DNA of 64,000 nucleotides from Acidimicrobiales bacterium (GTDB lineage: Bacteria; Actinomycetota; Acidimicrobiia; Acidimicrobiales; RAAP-2), in the NCBI GenBank assembly GCA_036501425.1, contig DASYAI010000016.1, forward strand, positions 8,490 through 72,489, read 5' to 3'. The translations under genes were made by a program, and so were the position numbers. How positions within the stretch are numbered: position 1 is the stretch's first letter; the number at the start of each line of letters is the position of its first letter. Shown here piece by piece: positions 27,228 to 35,558 of the stretch. A model generated the notes under the pieces. The model was not told the origin of the DNA, made no database searches, and saw only the letters and a list, made by a program, of their open reading frames with translations.

Positions 27228-28478
27228 TCAGGACAGCTTTACCAGGGGGCCGCAGACCGGCTTGCCGTTGTTGGTCGAGTGGTAGCTGCCGCCGCGCAGC
27301 TGGAGGAAGTACTCGCACTCGGTCTTCGGCAGGCCGGCAACCGAACCGAAGCGGTCGAACCTGAGGGCCTCGGGCAAGAGTCCCCCGGCGGTGTAGCTCT
27401 GCACCTCGCGGAGGTTGGCGATGAAGGCCGGTCGGGTCGGGTTGGTGCCGGCCCGTTGGAGCCCCTCGATCATCAGGTCGGCGGACAGGTAGGCGAACAC
27501 CGTGCCCAGATCGGGCAGTCCGCCGTGATAGCTCTTGTCGTACCGCTTGAGCGCGTTCAACATCGTCCTCGTCGGGGCGTTCGGCGTGGTCATGTTGACC
27601 GTCGCCGCGAAGTACCCCCTGTCGAGGGCCGACGAAGAGAGCGGTTGGGCCAGGACCTGATTGTCGTACCCGGTGAGATACAGCGCCTTGGCCGTGCTCC
27701 CGTCGTTCTTGAGGGCCGATCCGATGGCGACGTCGGTGCTGTCAACCGCCGAGACGTACACCCCATCGCAGTTGGCGTGAGCGATCGACAGCGCGTCCAC
27801 CGTGAAGTTGGTGCCACCCAGTGGCACGTTCACGTCGGTGAAGCAGGTGGCGATCCCGTTCCGGTCCTTGAGCATGTTCATCTGTTCGAGGAAACCCTTG
27901 CCGATGCCGTTGTAGGTGATGCCGGCCAGGTTCTTCACGCCGATGGACTTCAAGAAGGGTCCGATGTAGTTGTAGGCATAGGTCGCCCCGGCCAGGGTCC
28001 CACCTAACCCCGGCAAGTTGGGGGAGAAGGCGTCGAACACGTTCGAGTCGATCGTGTTGGTGCCCCAGGTGGTAACCGGGACGCCCAACTTGGCGAGCAC
28101 CTTGTCCCCGACCTCGTAGTTGTCGTCGATGGCGGTGTCCTCGATGACCGCGAACACGTTGGATCCCCCCAGCTCGGAGGCGACGTTGGCGTTGGTGACC
28201 GTGCTCGACTGGTCGTCCTTGGTGACCAACCGGAGCTTTCGTCCGTTCACCCCACCCTGGGCGTTCTGCAAGGCGAAACGAGCCAGCGCGCCGCCGGCGC
28301 TGTCGGAGAACGTCGGGGCGGCGGGTCCGGTCTCCGAGGTGACGAAGCCGATGGTTATCGACCTGCTGGCCACCCCGGGCGCACTCGGCGCGGCCGACGC
28401 AGCCGACCCACCCCCGGCGACGGATCCCAGAACGAGCAGCACGAATGCAGCGGCCCTCAGCCGATTGACCATGGTCAT
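27228..28478 (-). CDS. ABC transporter substrate-binding protein, type-1 periplasmic binding fold (LivK / branched-chain amino acid-like)
   Basis: Track ORF 27228..28562, with the start at MTMVNRLRAAAFVLLVLGSVAGGGSAASAAPS (signal peptide). ITIGFVTSETGPAA and a QGGVNGRKL-type motif are present. The gene looks less GC-rich than its neighbours by eye. Confidence 0.75.
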   Translation of the reverse strand: MTMVNRLRAAAFVLLVLGSVAGGGSAASAAPSAPGVASRSITIGFVTSETGPAAPTFSDSAGGALARFALQNAQGGVNGRKLRLVTKDDQSSTVTNANVASELGGSNVFAVIEDTAIDDNYEVGDKVLAKLGVPVTTWGTNTIDSNVFDAFSPNLPGLGGTLAGATYAYNYIGPFLKSIGVKNLAGITYNGIGKGFLEQMNMLKDRNGIATCFTDVNVPLGGTNFTVDALSIAHANCDGVYVSAVDSTDVAIGSALKNDGSTAKALYLTGYDNQVLAQPLSSSALDRGYFAATVNMTTPNAPTRTMLNALKRYDKSYHGGLPDLGTVFAYLSADLMIEGLQRAGTNPTRPAFIANLREVQSYTAGGLLPEALRFDRFGSVAGLPKTECEYFLQLRGGSYHSTNNGKPVCGPLVKLS

Positions 28479-28614
28479 CCCCCCCTGCGCCCGGCCGCAC
28501 GATGACAGCGGTGCGGCCGAGACAGCACCAAGCATCGTGGCATATTCGTGCCGGGCTGGCAATGGCCGGAGGCCGAGTTGTCGAGTGCGCGTCGGCGCAG
28601 TGACCGGCGGGTGG

Positions 28615-29928
28615 CTAGGTCGTCCGCCGGCCCCTTGGAGAACGTGCCGATGTCGCGGACGGTTTTGCGCTCGCCGTCGCGCTCGATGTCGCCGTCGATG
28701 TCGCGCTCGATGTCGCCGTCGCGCTCGATGTCGCCGTCGATGTCGCCGTCGATGTCGATGTCGCGGCCAGGTAATCGAAGACCCGCACGGCGGCGGCCTG
28801 GGCGATCAGCAGTTGGGACGGCTGGCCGTCGAAGCCGGTCAGGTGCACGACCCCGTCGGCGTGGTCCATGTGGTCGTAGAGGTAGGTCGCGTAGGACTCC
28901 AGCGCCGCCCGATACCCTGCGTCCGGTGACACCCGGTCCAGCTCCATGAGGTAATCGAAGAACACCGCGTTGAAGGGGGCGGTCTGGTCGACCAGACCGT
29001 GGCCGCGAAAGTACGAGAGCGCGCGTTGGGCCAGGGCCACGGCCGAGCGGAGATACTCCTGCCGATGGGTCGTCGAATAGAGGGTGACCCAGGCGCCGAT
29101 GGCCAGGCCCTGGTTGTACGACCAGACCTTGGCGTTGATCGCTCCGGACGACGAGATGTGATCAGCGAGCAGTCCGTCAGAAACGGTAAGGGTCCCGAAG
29201 AGCCAGCGTAGGTCGCGGACCGCCCACGAACGATACGAGGCCCGACCGGTCACCTCGAGGAGCTGCGCGTCGAGCAGTGCCGCGCCCCCGGTCGTCACGG
29301 CGTTGCGGTCGGTGCCGAAGTGCGGGTCCTCCCAGTACTCACCGCCCGGGTGTGGCAGGGACGTCCGGGTCGACCAGCCCGACTCCACGTAGCGGGCGTC
29401 GGCTTCGGTCTCGTGCAGGTAGACGACGGAGCCCGTGATCCGGTAGGCCTCCAGAAGATCGAGTGCCACAAAGATGTTGTCGTCGTACTTTCGAGCGCCG
29501 CCCCCGAACCAGAACCATCGGGGTCCGGGGTCATACCCGCCGGCAGGGTCGCGGTACGCACTCAACGTCGCCATCCGGCCGGGGATGCTCCGGAGCAATT
29601 GCGGCGGGGTGCCCGGGAGCGCCGCCAGTTCGAGGAGCCCTGCCAGAGCTTGCGATTCGGGCCATGCGGTCGCCCCCGGACCGATGTAGAGGCCTTTGAA
29701 GGATCCACCGGGACCGCCGTAACAGGTGACCAGCGCCTGATAGGCCCGTTGGGCGGCCGCTGCGGCAGACCGGTTGGAGATCGGAGCGTGGGTCGGCCTG
29801 GGCACCGCCCTGCACGCTGCGGCCACCGTTCCGTACGGGGTGCTGAAGTCGAGAACGGTCAGCGACCCGAACACCAGGGCGACCACGAGGCTCGCCGTAC
29901 CCGCGATCCGGAGGAACAGCGACGTCAC
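28615..29928 (-). CDS. Secreted/anchored glycoside hydrolase family 76-like protein with an Ala/Thr/Ser repeat tail
   Basis: Track ORF of 437 aa. It has an N-terminal TM/signal segment (FLRIAGTASLVVALVFGSL). ARKYDDNIFVALDLLEAYRITG resembles the GH76 DD catalytic region. The tail reads ATSTSTATSTATSSATATSSATSTATSSATASA. Confidence 0.55.
   Translation of the reverse strand: MTSLFLRIAGTASLVVALVFGSLTVLDFSTPYGTVAAACRAVPRPTHAPISNRSAAAAAQRAYQALVTCYGGPGGSFKGLYIGPGATAWPESQALAGLLELAALPGTPPQLLRSIPGRMATLSAYRDPAGGYDPGPRWFWFGGGARKYDDNIFVALDLLEAYRITGSVVYLHETEADARYVESGWSTRTSLPHPGGEYWEDPHFGTDRNAVTTGGAALLDAQLLEVTGRASYRSWAVRDLRWLFGTLTVSDGLLADHISSSGAINAKVWSYNQGLAIGAWVTLYSTTHRQEYLRSAVALAQRALSYFRGHGLVDQTAPFNAVFFDYLMELDRVSPDAGYRAALESYATYLYDHMDHADGVVHLTGFDGQPSQLLIAQAAAVRVFDYLAATSTSTATSTATSSATATSSATSTATSSATASAKPSATSARSPRGRRTT
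28649..28768. repeat. Hexamer-phased tandem repeat (GATGTC / GCCGTC / GCGCTC units, about 20 units)
   Basis: Read directly from the sequence: gatgtcgccgtcgatgtcgcgctcgatgtcgccgtcgcgctcgatgtcgccgtcgatgtcgccgtcgatgtcgatgtc. It encodes the A/T/S tail of the GH76-like gene on the minus strand. Confidence 0.85.
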
Positions 29929-30003
29929 CGGCTACGGCGCCCCAGCCACGACGCGATCATTACCCATCGACGCGCCGGTCGTGCGCGATCACGAGGGAGC
30001 GGG

Positions 30004-30666
30004 TCAGCCCTCGAGGTAGCGCAGCACCGCCAGCACGCGGCGGTGGTCGGTCGAGGTGGCCGGCAGCTCCAGCTTGGCGAAGATGTTGGCGACGTGCTTC
30101 TCCACCGCCCCCTCCGAGATCACCAGGCTGGAGGCCACAGCCGAGTTGGTCCGCCCTTCGGCCATGAGCGCCAGCACCTCCCTCTCGCGGCCGCTCAGCC
30201 GGGCGAGCACGTCGTTGTGGCGGGACGCCCCCATCAGTTGGGTCACCACCTCGGGGTCGAGGGCGGTGCCGCCGACGGCCACTCGTGCCAACGCCTCGAC
30301 GAAGTCGCCGACGTCGGCGACCCGATCCTTGAGGAGGTAGCCGATCCCCGCCGCGCCGCCGGCGAGCAGCTCCGCCGCGTAGCGAGTCTCGATGTACTGG
30401 GAGAACACCAAGATTCCCACTTCCGGGTGCTCCCGGCGCAATCCGATGGCTGCCCGCAACCCTTCGTCGGTGAACGTCGGTGGCATGCGCACATCGACCA
30501 CCGCCACGTCGGGGGGCTCGTCGGCCACCGCTCCGGCCAGGCTCACGGCATCGCTCACCGCGCGCAGCACCACGAAGCCCCGATCCGTCAAGAGCTGGAC
30601 CAAGCCGTCGCGCAGGACGGCAGAATCCTCCGCGATGACGACCCGCACCCCGTCGGCCCCTGCCAC
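30004..30666 (-). CDS. Two-component response regulator, NarL/LuxR family
   Basis: C-terminal 220 aa of track ORF 30004..30852, starting at GTG 30666. The REC domain has VRVVIAEDSAVLRDGL and VAVVDVRMPP. The LuxR HTH is LSGREREVLALMAEGRTNSAVASSLVISEGAVEKHVANIFAKL. Confidence 0.88.
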   Translation of the reverse strand: MAGADGVRVVIAEDSAVLRDGLVQLLTDRGFVVLRAVSDAVSLAGAVADEPPDVAVVDVRMPPTFTDEGLRAAIGLRREHPEVGILVFSQYIETRYAAELLAGGAAGIGYLLKDRVADVGDFVEALARVAVGGTALDPEVVTQLMGASRHNDVLARLSGREREVLALMAEGRTNSAVASSLVISEGAVEKHVANIFAKLELPATSTDHRRVLAVLRYLEG

Positions 30667-30668
30667 GG

Positions 30669-32039
30669 TCAAGCCTGCATTGGCAGGTCGACCGTGATGG
30701 CGGTGGGCCCACCCGGGGGGCTGGCGATGCCGAGATGGCCGTCGACCGCGCCGACCCGGTCGGACAGCCCGGCCAGGCCGCTCGACGACGAGACGGCTCT
30801 TTTGAGCACCGCGCCACCCTGGCCATCGTCGCGGACCACGATCCGAATCCACTGGCCGTGCTGGGCGCAGCTCAGGGACGCCCGGGAGGCCCGGCCGTGC
30901 TGGGCGACATTGGCGAGCAGCTCCGCCGCACAGAAGTAGCAGATGGCTTCGATGGCCGGGCTGGGCCTCGACTGGACCGACACCGCGATCTCGGTTCGCA
31001 CCGGGCTCCGTGCGGCGAGGGTCGCCAGGGCATTCTCGAGGCCGGTGTCCAGCGCCGGCGGGTGGATACCCCGGGCGAGGTCGCGCAGCTCGACGATGGC
31101 CTCCTTGGCTCCGCTGTGCGCCTGGTCCACCAGGTGCCGGATGGCGTCGAGATCAGCGGGCACGTGGGTACCGGCGTCCATGTTGTCGAGCTTGTCCTTG
31201 GCCTGACCCAGCCGCATCGCCAGCGCGACGAGCTGCGCCTGGGTGCCATCGTGAAGGTCTCGCTCGATGCGCTGGAGGGTCTCGGTGGCCGCATCGAGGG
31301 TCTTGGAACGTGATTCCTCGAGCCTGCGGACCCGCGACACGGCCGCGTCCGGGCCGAGCAGCAGGTGCATCGCCCACCGGTCGAGGTTGACCACCAGCCG
31401 CATCGTCCAGGGGGCGACGAAGAGGAACACGACACCGATGAGGAACGCCCCGGCGGTCGAGCCGGGGTGTCCGGCACCATCGCCGTCGCCGAACGCCCTC
31501 CCGAACGCGCCGAACCTCCCCGGGGCACTGCTTCCGGTCAGGGGTGACGTGATGCCGAAGAATGCCTCGAGCCACACGCTGAGGCCGAACCAGACGCCGA
31601 AGACGGTGAGCGGCAACTTCGCGGCGAAGTAGCCGGCCGAGCGCCAGGCGGTCCGATCGCCGAACGACGCCCGCAACCACCGGAAGAACCCCGGGCGGGG
31701 ATGGAACGGCTCGGGCTCGGCGATCTGCTCCCCGAGCAGTCGCCGAGCCAGCGCCCGTTGCCAGCGCCCGAAGCCCCTCGCCGCCCGCAGGCCACCGGCG
31801 AGGATCACCACGCCGAGGACGACCACCGTGAGCGGCAATCCGGCGAGCCCCACCACACCCAACGTGACGACCCCGGCACCGGTCAGGGCGGAGCTGACCA
31901 GGAAGAACCCCAGCTCGGCCCGGGTCCGCCGCTGGAACGGCTCACGGCTGATCAACCGGGCCAGCCGCCTGGCCTGCTGTGCCCGTTCTTCGGGGATCCG
32001 GATCTGCACCCAGCCGCCTTCGGCACCACTCTCGCTCAC
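30669..32039 (-). CDS. Sensor histidine kinase (HisKA_3 / NarX-DesK type) with a multi-TM sensor region
   Basis: C-terminal 456 aa of track ORF 30669..32597. GTG 32039 overlaps the permease stop (GTGA). H-box: IERDLHDGTQAQLVAL. ATPase part: VVRDDGQGG and GLAGLSDRV. Confidence 0.85.
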   Translation of the reverse strand: MSESGAEGGWVQIRIPEERAQQARRLARLISREPFQRRTRAELGFFLVSSALTGAGVVTLGVVGLAGLPLTVVVLGVVILAGGLRAARGFGRWQRALARRLLGEQIAEPEPFHPRPGFFRWLRASFGDRTAWRSAGYFAAKLPLTVFGVWFGLSVWLEAFFGITSPLTGSSAPGRFGAFGRAFGDGDGAGHPGSTAGAFLIGVVFLFVAPWTMRLVVNLDRWAMHLLLGPDAAVSRVRRLEESRSKTLDAATETLQRIERDLHDGTQAQLVALAMRLGQAKDKLDNMDAGTHVPADLDAIRHLVDQAHSGAKEAIVELRDLARGIHPPALDTGLENALATLAARSPVRTEIAVSVQSRPSPAIEAICYFCAAELLANVAQHGRASRASLSCAQHGQWIRIVVRDDGQGGAVLKRAVSSSSGLAGLSDRVGAVDGHLGIASPPGGPTAITVDLPMQA

Positions 32040-32830
32040 GCGTCTCGCTTGGCGAACAGCACCGCCCCGGCTCCGAGGGCGATCGCGGCGTAGACGGCCA
32101 TCAGCCCCAACCCTACGCCGGGCGAGACGACCCCCTGTCCTTGGTTGACGGTGGCCGTGATCGAATTGGTGAGGATGTTCGTCGGGAGATACCGCACGTC
32201 GTGCTCGGATATCGCGTGCATCACGAGCGGGAGCACGAACAGCACGCCGGCGAACGCGGCGATGGCGGCCGCCGTGCTGCGGAAGATGAGGCCGAGTCCG
32301 AACGACATGAGGCAGATGAGCGCCATGAACACGCCGGTCATCAACACAGCCCGAAGCGCGCCCGGCGACCCCAGGCCGGCAGAGGGAGCCCCCCCGGCGG
32401 AAAGGACAACCTGGCCGACGAAGAAGGCGGCGAAGCTGAGAAGCTCGAAGAAGACCAGCGCGGCTCCAGCGGTCACTCCGATCTTGGTGGCCAAAAGGAG
32501 TCCCCGCCGCGGAGTGGCTGCCAGGGTCGTACGAATGGTGCCGCTCGAATGCTCGCCGGTGATCAGGAGTGCCCCGAACACTCCCCCGGTCAGGCATCCG
32601 ACGATCAATCCGACCAGCGACTCCTGGGTGGGGTCGAAGGCAAAGTAGTACCGGTTTCCGTGGTGCAGCGCGGCGTTGGTGACCAGCCCGGTGACCAAGA
32701 GCGACGCGATGATCGTGAAGCCGACGGTGATGGCGGTCGATCGCAGGGTCACCATCTTCACGATCTCGGACCGGGCCACGTGCTTGGCTCGATAGCGGCC
32801 CGACGGGGCGGTCTGGATCATCGGGATCAT
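32036..32830 (-). CDS. ABC-2 type transporter permease
   Basis: Track ORF of 264 aa with six predicted hydrophobic segments. Its ends overlap the ATPase and the kinase genes. Confidence 0.75.
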   Translation of the reverse strand: MIPMIQTAPSGRYRAKHVARSEIVKMVTLRSTAITVGFTIIASLLVTGLVTNAALHHGNRYYFAFDPTQESLVGLIVGCLTGGVFGALLITGEHSSGTIRTTLAATPRRGLLLATKIGVTAGAALVFFELLSFAAFFVGQVVLSAGGAPSAGLGSPGALRAVLMTGVFMALICLMSFGLGLIFRSTAAAIAAFAGVLFVLPLVMHAISEHDVRYLPTNILTNSITATVNQGQGVVSPGVGLGLMAVYAAIALGAGAVLFAKRDA

Positions 32831-33774
32831 CGACGTCCCTCCCTCTCGCTCGCAGTCGCCGCGGCGCCCGCCGACGGGCGGTACTCCACCTCGTCTCGTG
32901 TCAGCTCCATGAAGGCGTCCTCCAACGACGCGGTGATCGGTGTCAGCTCGTGAACCCGAAGTCCGTCGCGGGAGCCGAAATCACCGATCTGTGGTGCGGT
33001 CAGCCCCTCGACGGTCAACGACCGTGCATCGTCGTCGCGGTGGCCGATCGTGGCACCCGCCGCCGAGAGGACAGCGCTGAAGGCCGCCGGATCGGGCGTG
33101 ACCAGCTTCACCGCGCCACCGCTTCGGGCGACGAAGTCGGCCACGCTGGTTTCGGCGATGAGCCGACCGCGACCGATCACCACCAACCGGTCGGCCGTCA
33201 GTGCCATCTCGCTGATCAGGTGGCTGGACACGAACACCGTCCGGCCTCCCGTGGCGAGGTCCCGGAGGAGGTGGCGGAGCCACCGGATGCCCTCGGGGTC
33301 CAGACCGTTGACCGGCTCGTCGAAGATCAGCACACCGGGGTCCCCGAGGAGCGTTGCGGCGATCCCGAGCCGCTGGCTCATCCCGAGCGAGAACTTCCCC
33401 GCTCGCCGGTCGGCCACCGAGGCCAGCCCGACCTGGTCGAGGACCTCGTCGACCCGACGTAGCGGGATGTCGTTGCTCAGGGCGAGCCATCGGAGATGGT
33501 TCCGGGCGGTGCGGGCCGGATGAAAGGCCTTGGCGTCGAGCACGGCGCCGACCTCCCGCAGAGGCCACGCCAGCTCGGAATAGAGCTTGCCGCCGATCAG
33601 GGCGGACCCGGAGTCGGGAAGGTCGAGGCCCATGATCATGCGCATGGTCGTGGACTTGCCCGACCCGTTGGGTCCCAGGAAGCCGGTGACAGACCCGGGT
33701 AGGACCTCGAACGTCAGGTCGGCGACGGCAGTGGCCGCACCGTACCGCTTGGTGAGTGAGTGTGCCGTGATCAT
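32827..33774 (-). CDS. ABC transporter ATP-binding protein (ABC-2 / drug-bacitracin type)
   Basis: Track ORF 32827..33801, with the start placed at MITAHSLTKRYG (ATG 33774). Motifs: GPNGSGKSTT, FSLGMSQRLG, LIFDEPVNGLD. Confidence 0.88.
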   Translation of the reverse strand: MITAHSLTKRYGAATAVADLTFEVLPGSVTGFLGPNGSGKSTTMRMIMGLDLPDSGSALIGGKLYSELAWPLREVGAVLDAKAFHPARTARNHLRWLALSNDIPLRRVDEVLDQVGLASVADRRAGKFSLGMSQRLGIAATLLGDPGVLIFDEPVNGLDPEGIRWLRHLLRDLATGGRTVFVSSHLISEMALTADRLVVIGRGRLIAETSVADFVARSGGAVKLVTPDPAAFSAVLSAAGATIGHRDDDARSLTVEGLTAPQIGDFGSRDGLRVHELTPITASLEDAFMELTRDEVEYRPSAGAAATASEREGRR

Positions 33775-34041
33775 CACGACCAACGGTAAGGATCGGGCCA
33801 CCCGGCGGGAATGCCGCTACCCGGCGTCCACCAGCTGGGGCTACCCCCCGCCGGTCACCAGGGGGGGCGCAATTGCCGTTCGCCGCCGGGAGGGACGAGA
33901 TGCTGGACCGGTCGAGCCGAGCCGGCCGCGCTCGCCGAGCCGGCCGCGCGGGGTCGCTCGGGCGGCCTCCGGAGGCGGCTCGCGGGCCCACCGCCGAGGC
34001 GCCGTCCAGTGCCCCCAGCGGCGGGTGCCATGCTGGCTCCC

Positions 34042-34116
34042 ATGTGCGGCCGCTTCACGATGTCGGAGAGCAAGCGCCACCGGGCCCGGTCAGCCGCTCC
34101 CCCCGCCGCCAGGTAG
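34042..34116 (+). pseudogene. Possible remnant of an SRAP (SOS-response-associated peptidase / YedK) gene: only the first codons survive
   Basis: ATG 34042 gives MCGRFTMSESKRHRARSAAPPAAR*. MCGRF is the invariant N-terminus of SRAP proteins (catalytic Cys2), but the reading frame ends after 24 codons. The match is short, so confidence is low. Confidence 0.25.
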
Positions 34117-34151
34117 GACGACCGCCCGATCCGCTCCAAGGACCGAAGCCG

Positions 34152-35105
34152 ATGCGCTCCCGATTGTCCCGCGTCGCCGCCGCCTACCCCGAACTGCTGA
34201 TCGTGTTGGTCGCGGCTGGGACCGGCTTGGCCCTCGCCCGTCCGCTGCGCTGGCTGGACGGTCGCCAGGGCATCAACGTCCTCCTCGTCGTGCTCGTGTT
34301 CGCCACCGCGGTCACCGTGTCCACCGACGCCCTGGGCCGTCTCAGATCGGCCTGGCCCCACCTTGTCGCCACCCTGGCCATCGGAGTGATCCTGTTGCCC
34401 GCCTTGTCGTGGCTGGCATCACGGGTGGTCACCGCCGGGTCGCTTCGCAACGGCATCATGACCGTGGGCCTCGCACCGTGCGAAATCGCGTCCGTGGCCA
34501 CCACCGGTCTCGCCGGCGGGGAACCGGCGTTGGCGGCGGCCGTCCTCATCGGTTCCACGGCGCTCAGCGTGGCCGTCGCCGGACCGATCCTCTCCGTGGA
34601 GGCCAGCGGGGCACACGTCCACTCCGGGCATATCCTCATCAACCTGGCCGTCGTCGTCGCCCTACCCCTCGTCGCCGGGCTCACGTTGCGCGCCAAGACC
34701 GGGATCACCCCGTTGCGCGAGGTGGCAGCCACCAACGCCGCCACCGCCGCGCTGGCGGGACTGGTCGCTCTCGTCGCCGCCCAGGTCCACCTGGGGACCG
34801 CCTACTTCGCCGTGTTCGCCGCCATCGTCATCGTCATCGGCGTGTCAGCGGTCATCGCTGCACTGCTCGGGCGGACCCTGTCACCCCAACGGGCCACTGC
34901 GCTGCTGCTCACCATCTCCATGCGAGACTTCGCCATTGCTGCCGGCCTGGCCAGCGCGGCGTTCGGCCCCGCGTCGGCCGCCCCCCTCGGGCTCTACGGG
35001 GTCGCGGTGATCATCTGGGGGACCGCCGTCGCTGGCAGGCGACGAGCCAAGGCCACGACCCTGAACAGCCCGGAGAGCGACGGTCCGGAGCTGGTCGACG
35101 GATGA
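34152..35105 (+). CDS. Bile acid:sodium symporter (BASS/SBF-like) family membrane transporter
   Basis: The last 317 aa of track ORF 33873..35105, from ATG 34152 (MRSRLSRVAAAYPELLIVLVAAGTGLAL...), are polytopic. TVGLAPCEIASVATTGLAGG and ISMRDFAIAAGLA are typical of the SBF family. Confidence 0.7.
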   Translation: MRSRLSRVAAAYPELLIVLVAAGTGLALARPLRWLDGRQGINVLLVVLVFATAVTVSTDALGRLRSAWPHLVATLAIGVILLPALSWLASRVVTAGSLRNGIMTVGLAPCEIASVATTGLAGGEPALAAAVLIGSTALSVAVAGPILSVEASGAHVHSGHILINLAVVVALPLVAGLTLRAKTGITPLREVAATNAATAALAGLVALVAAQVHLGTAYFAVFAAIVIVIGVSAVIAALLGRTLSPQRATALLLTISMRDFAIAAGLASAAFGPASAAPLGLYGVAVIIWGTAVAGRRRAKATTLNSPESDGPELVDG

Positions 35106-35558
35106 CTCGGGCGACAGGGTTAGCCGGTGGCCGCGGGGGGCATCGTTGCCTCGTGCCGGATGACAAGATCGAGCACCAAGCCGACGACGATGGCCCTGAG
35201 GTCGATGAGGGGTTGCAGAAGGCTCATCATGAGGCGGACGGCGACACGGGAACGTCGGATTCGGACGACCAGGCCAATCGTTCCTGACAAGCCGCGGGCG
35301 GCCGGCGCGCTGGTTCTTCATCGCGTGGCCTCGGTCGCGCACGTCGTAGCGGACCGCGCCGATGGGGTCTTGCGCTTGGTCACCTTGGCCATGGGCGGGG
35401 GCCTCCTCGGGTGGTGGGGAAGCCGGAGGCTCACCGAAGGGTGTGACGCCCTGTTTCAGGCAGACGTGTTGAACATCCCTGAGCGCCCGCCCCCTCCCGG
35501 CACCGCACCTAGGGTCCCGTAATATCCAGGTCCTATCGGATCCCCTGGGGAGGACACC

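Noticed and set aside
28649-28768. Short tandem repeats as a possible CRISPR array
   Set aside because: The units are 6 nt, contiguous and without spacers. They lie inside a CDS and encode an A/T/S tail. No cas genes are present.
35120-35522. Small ORFs between the BASS transporter and the amidohydrolase (minus 35120..35230, MMSLLQPLIDLRAIVVGLVLDLVIRHEATMPPAATG; plus 35127..35522, 131 aa)
   Set aside because: There are no recognisable motifs or ribosome-binding sites, and the two overlap each other on opposite strands. GC3 alone is not discriminating here.
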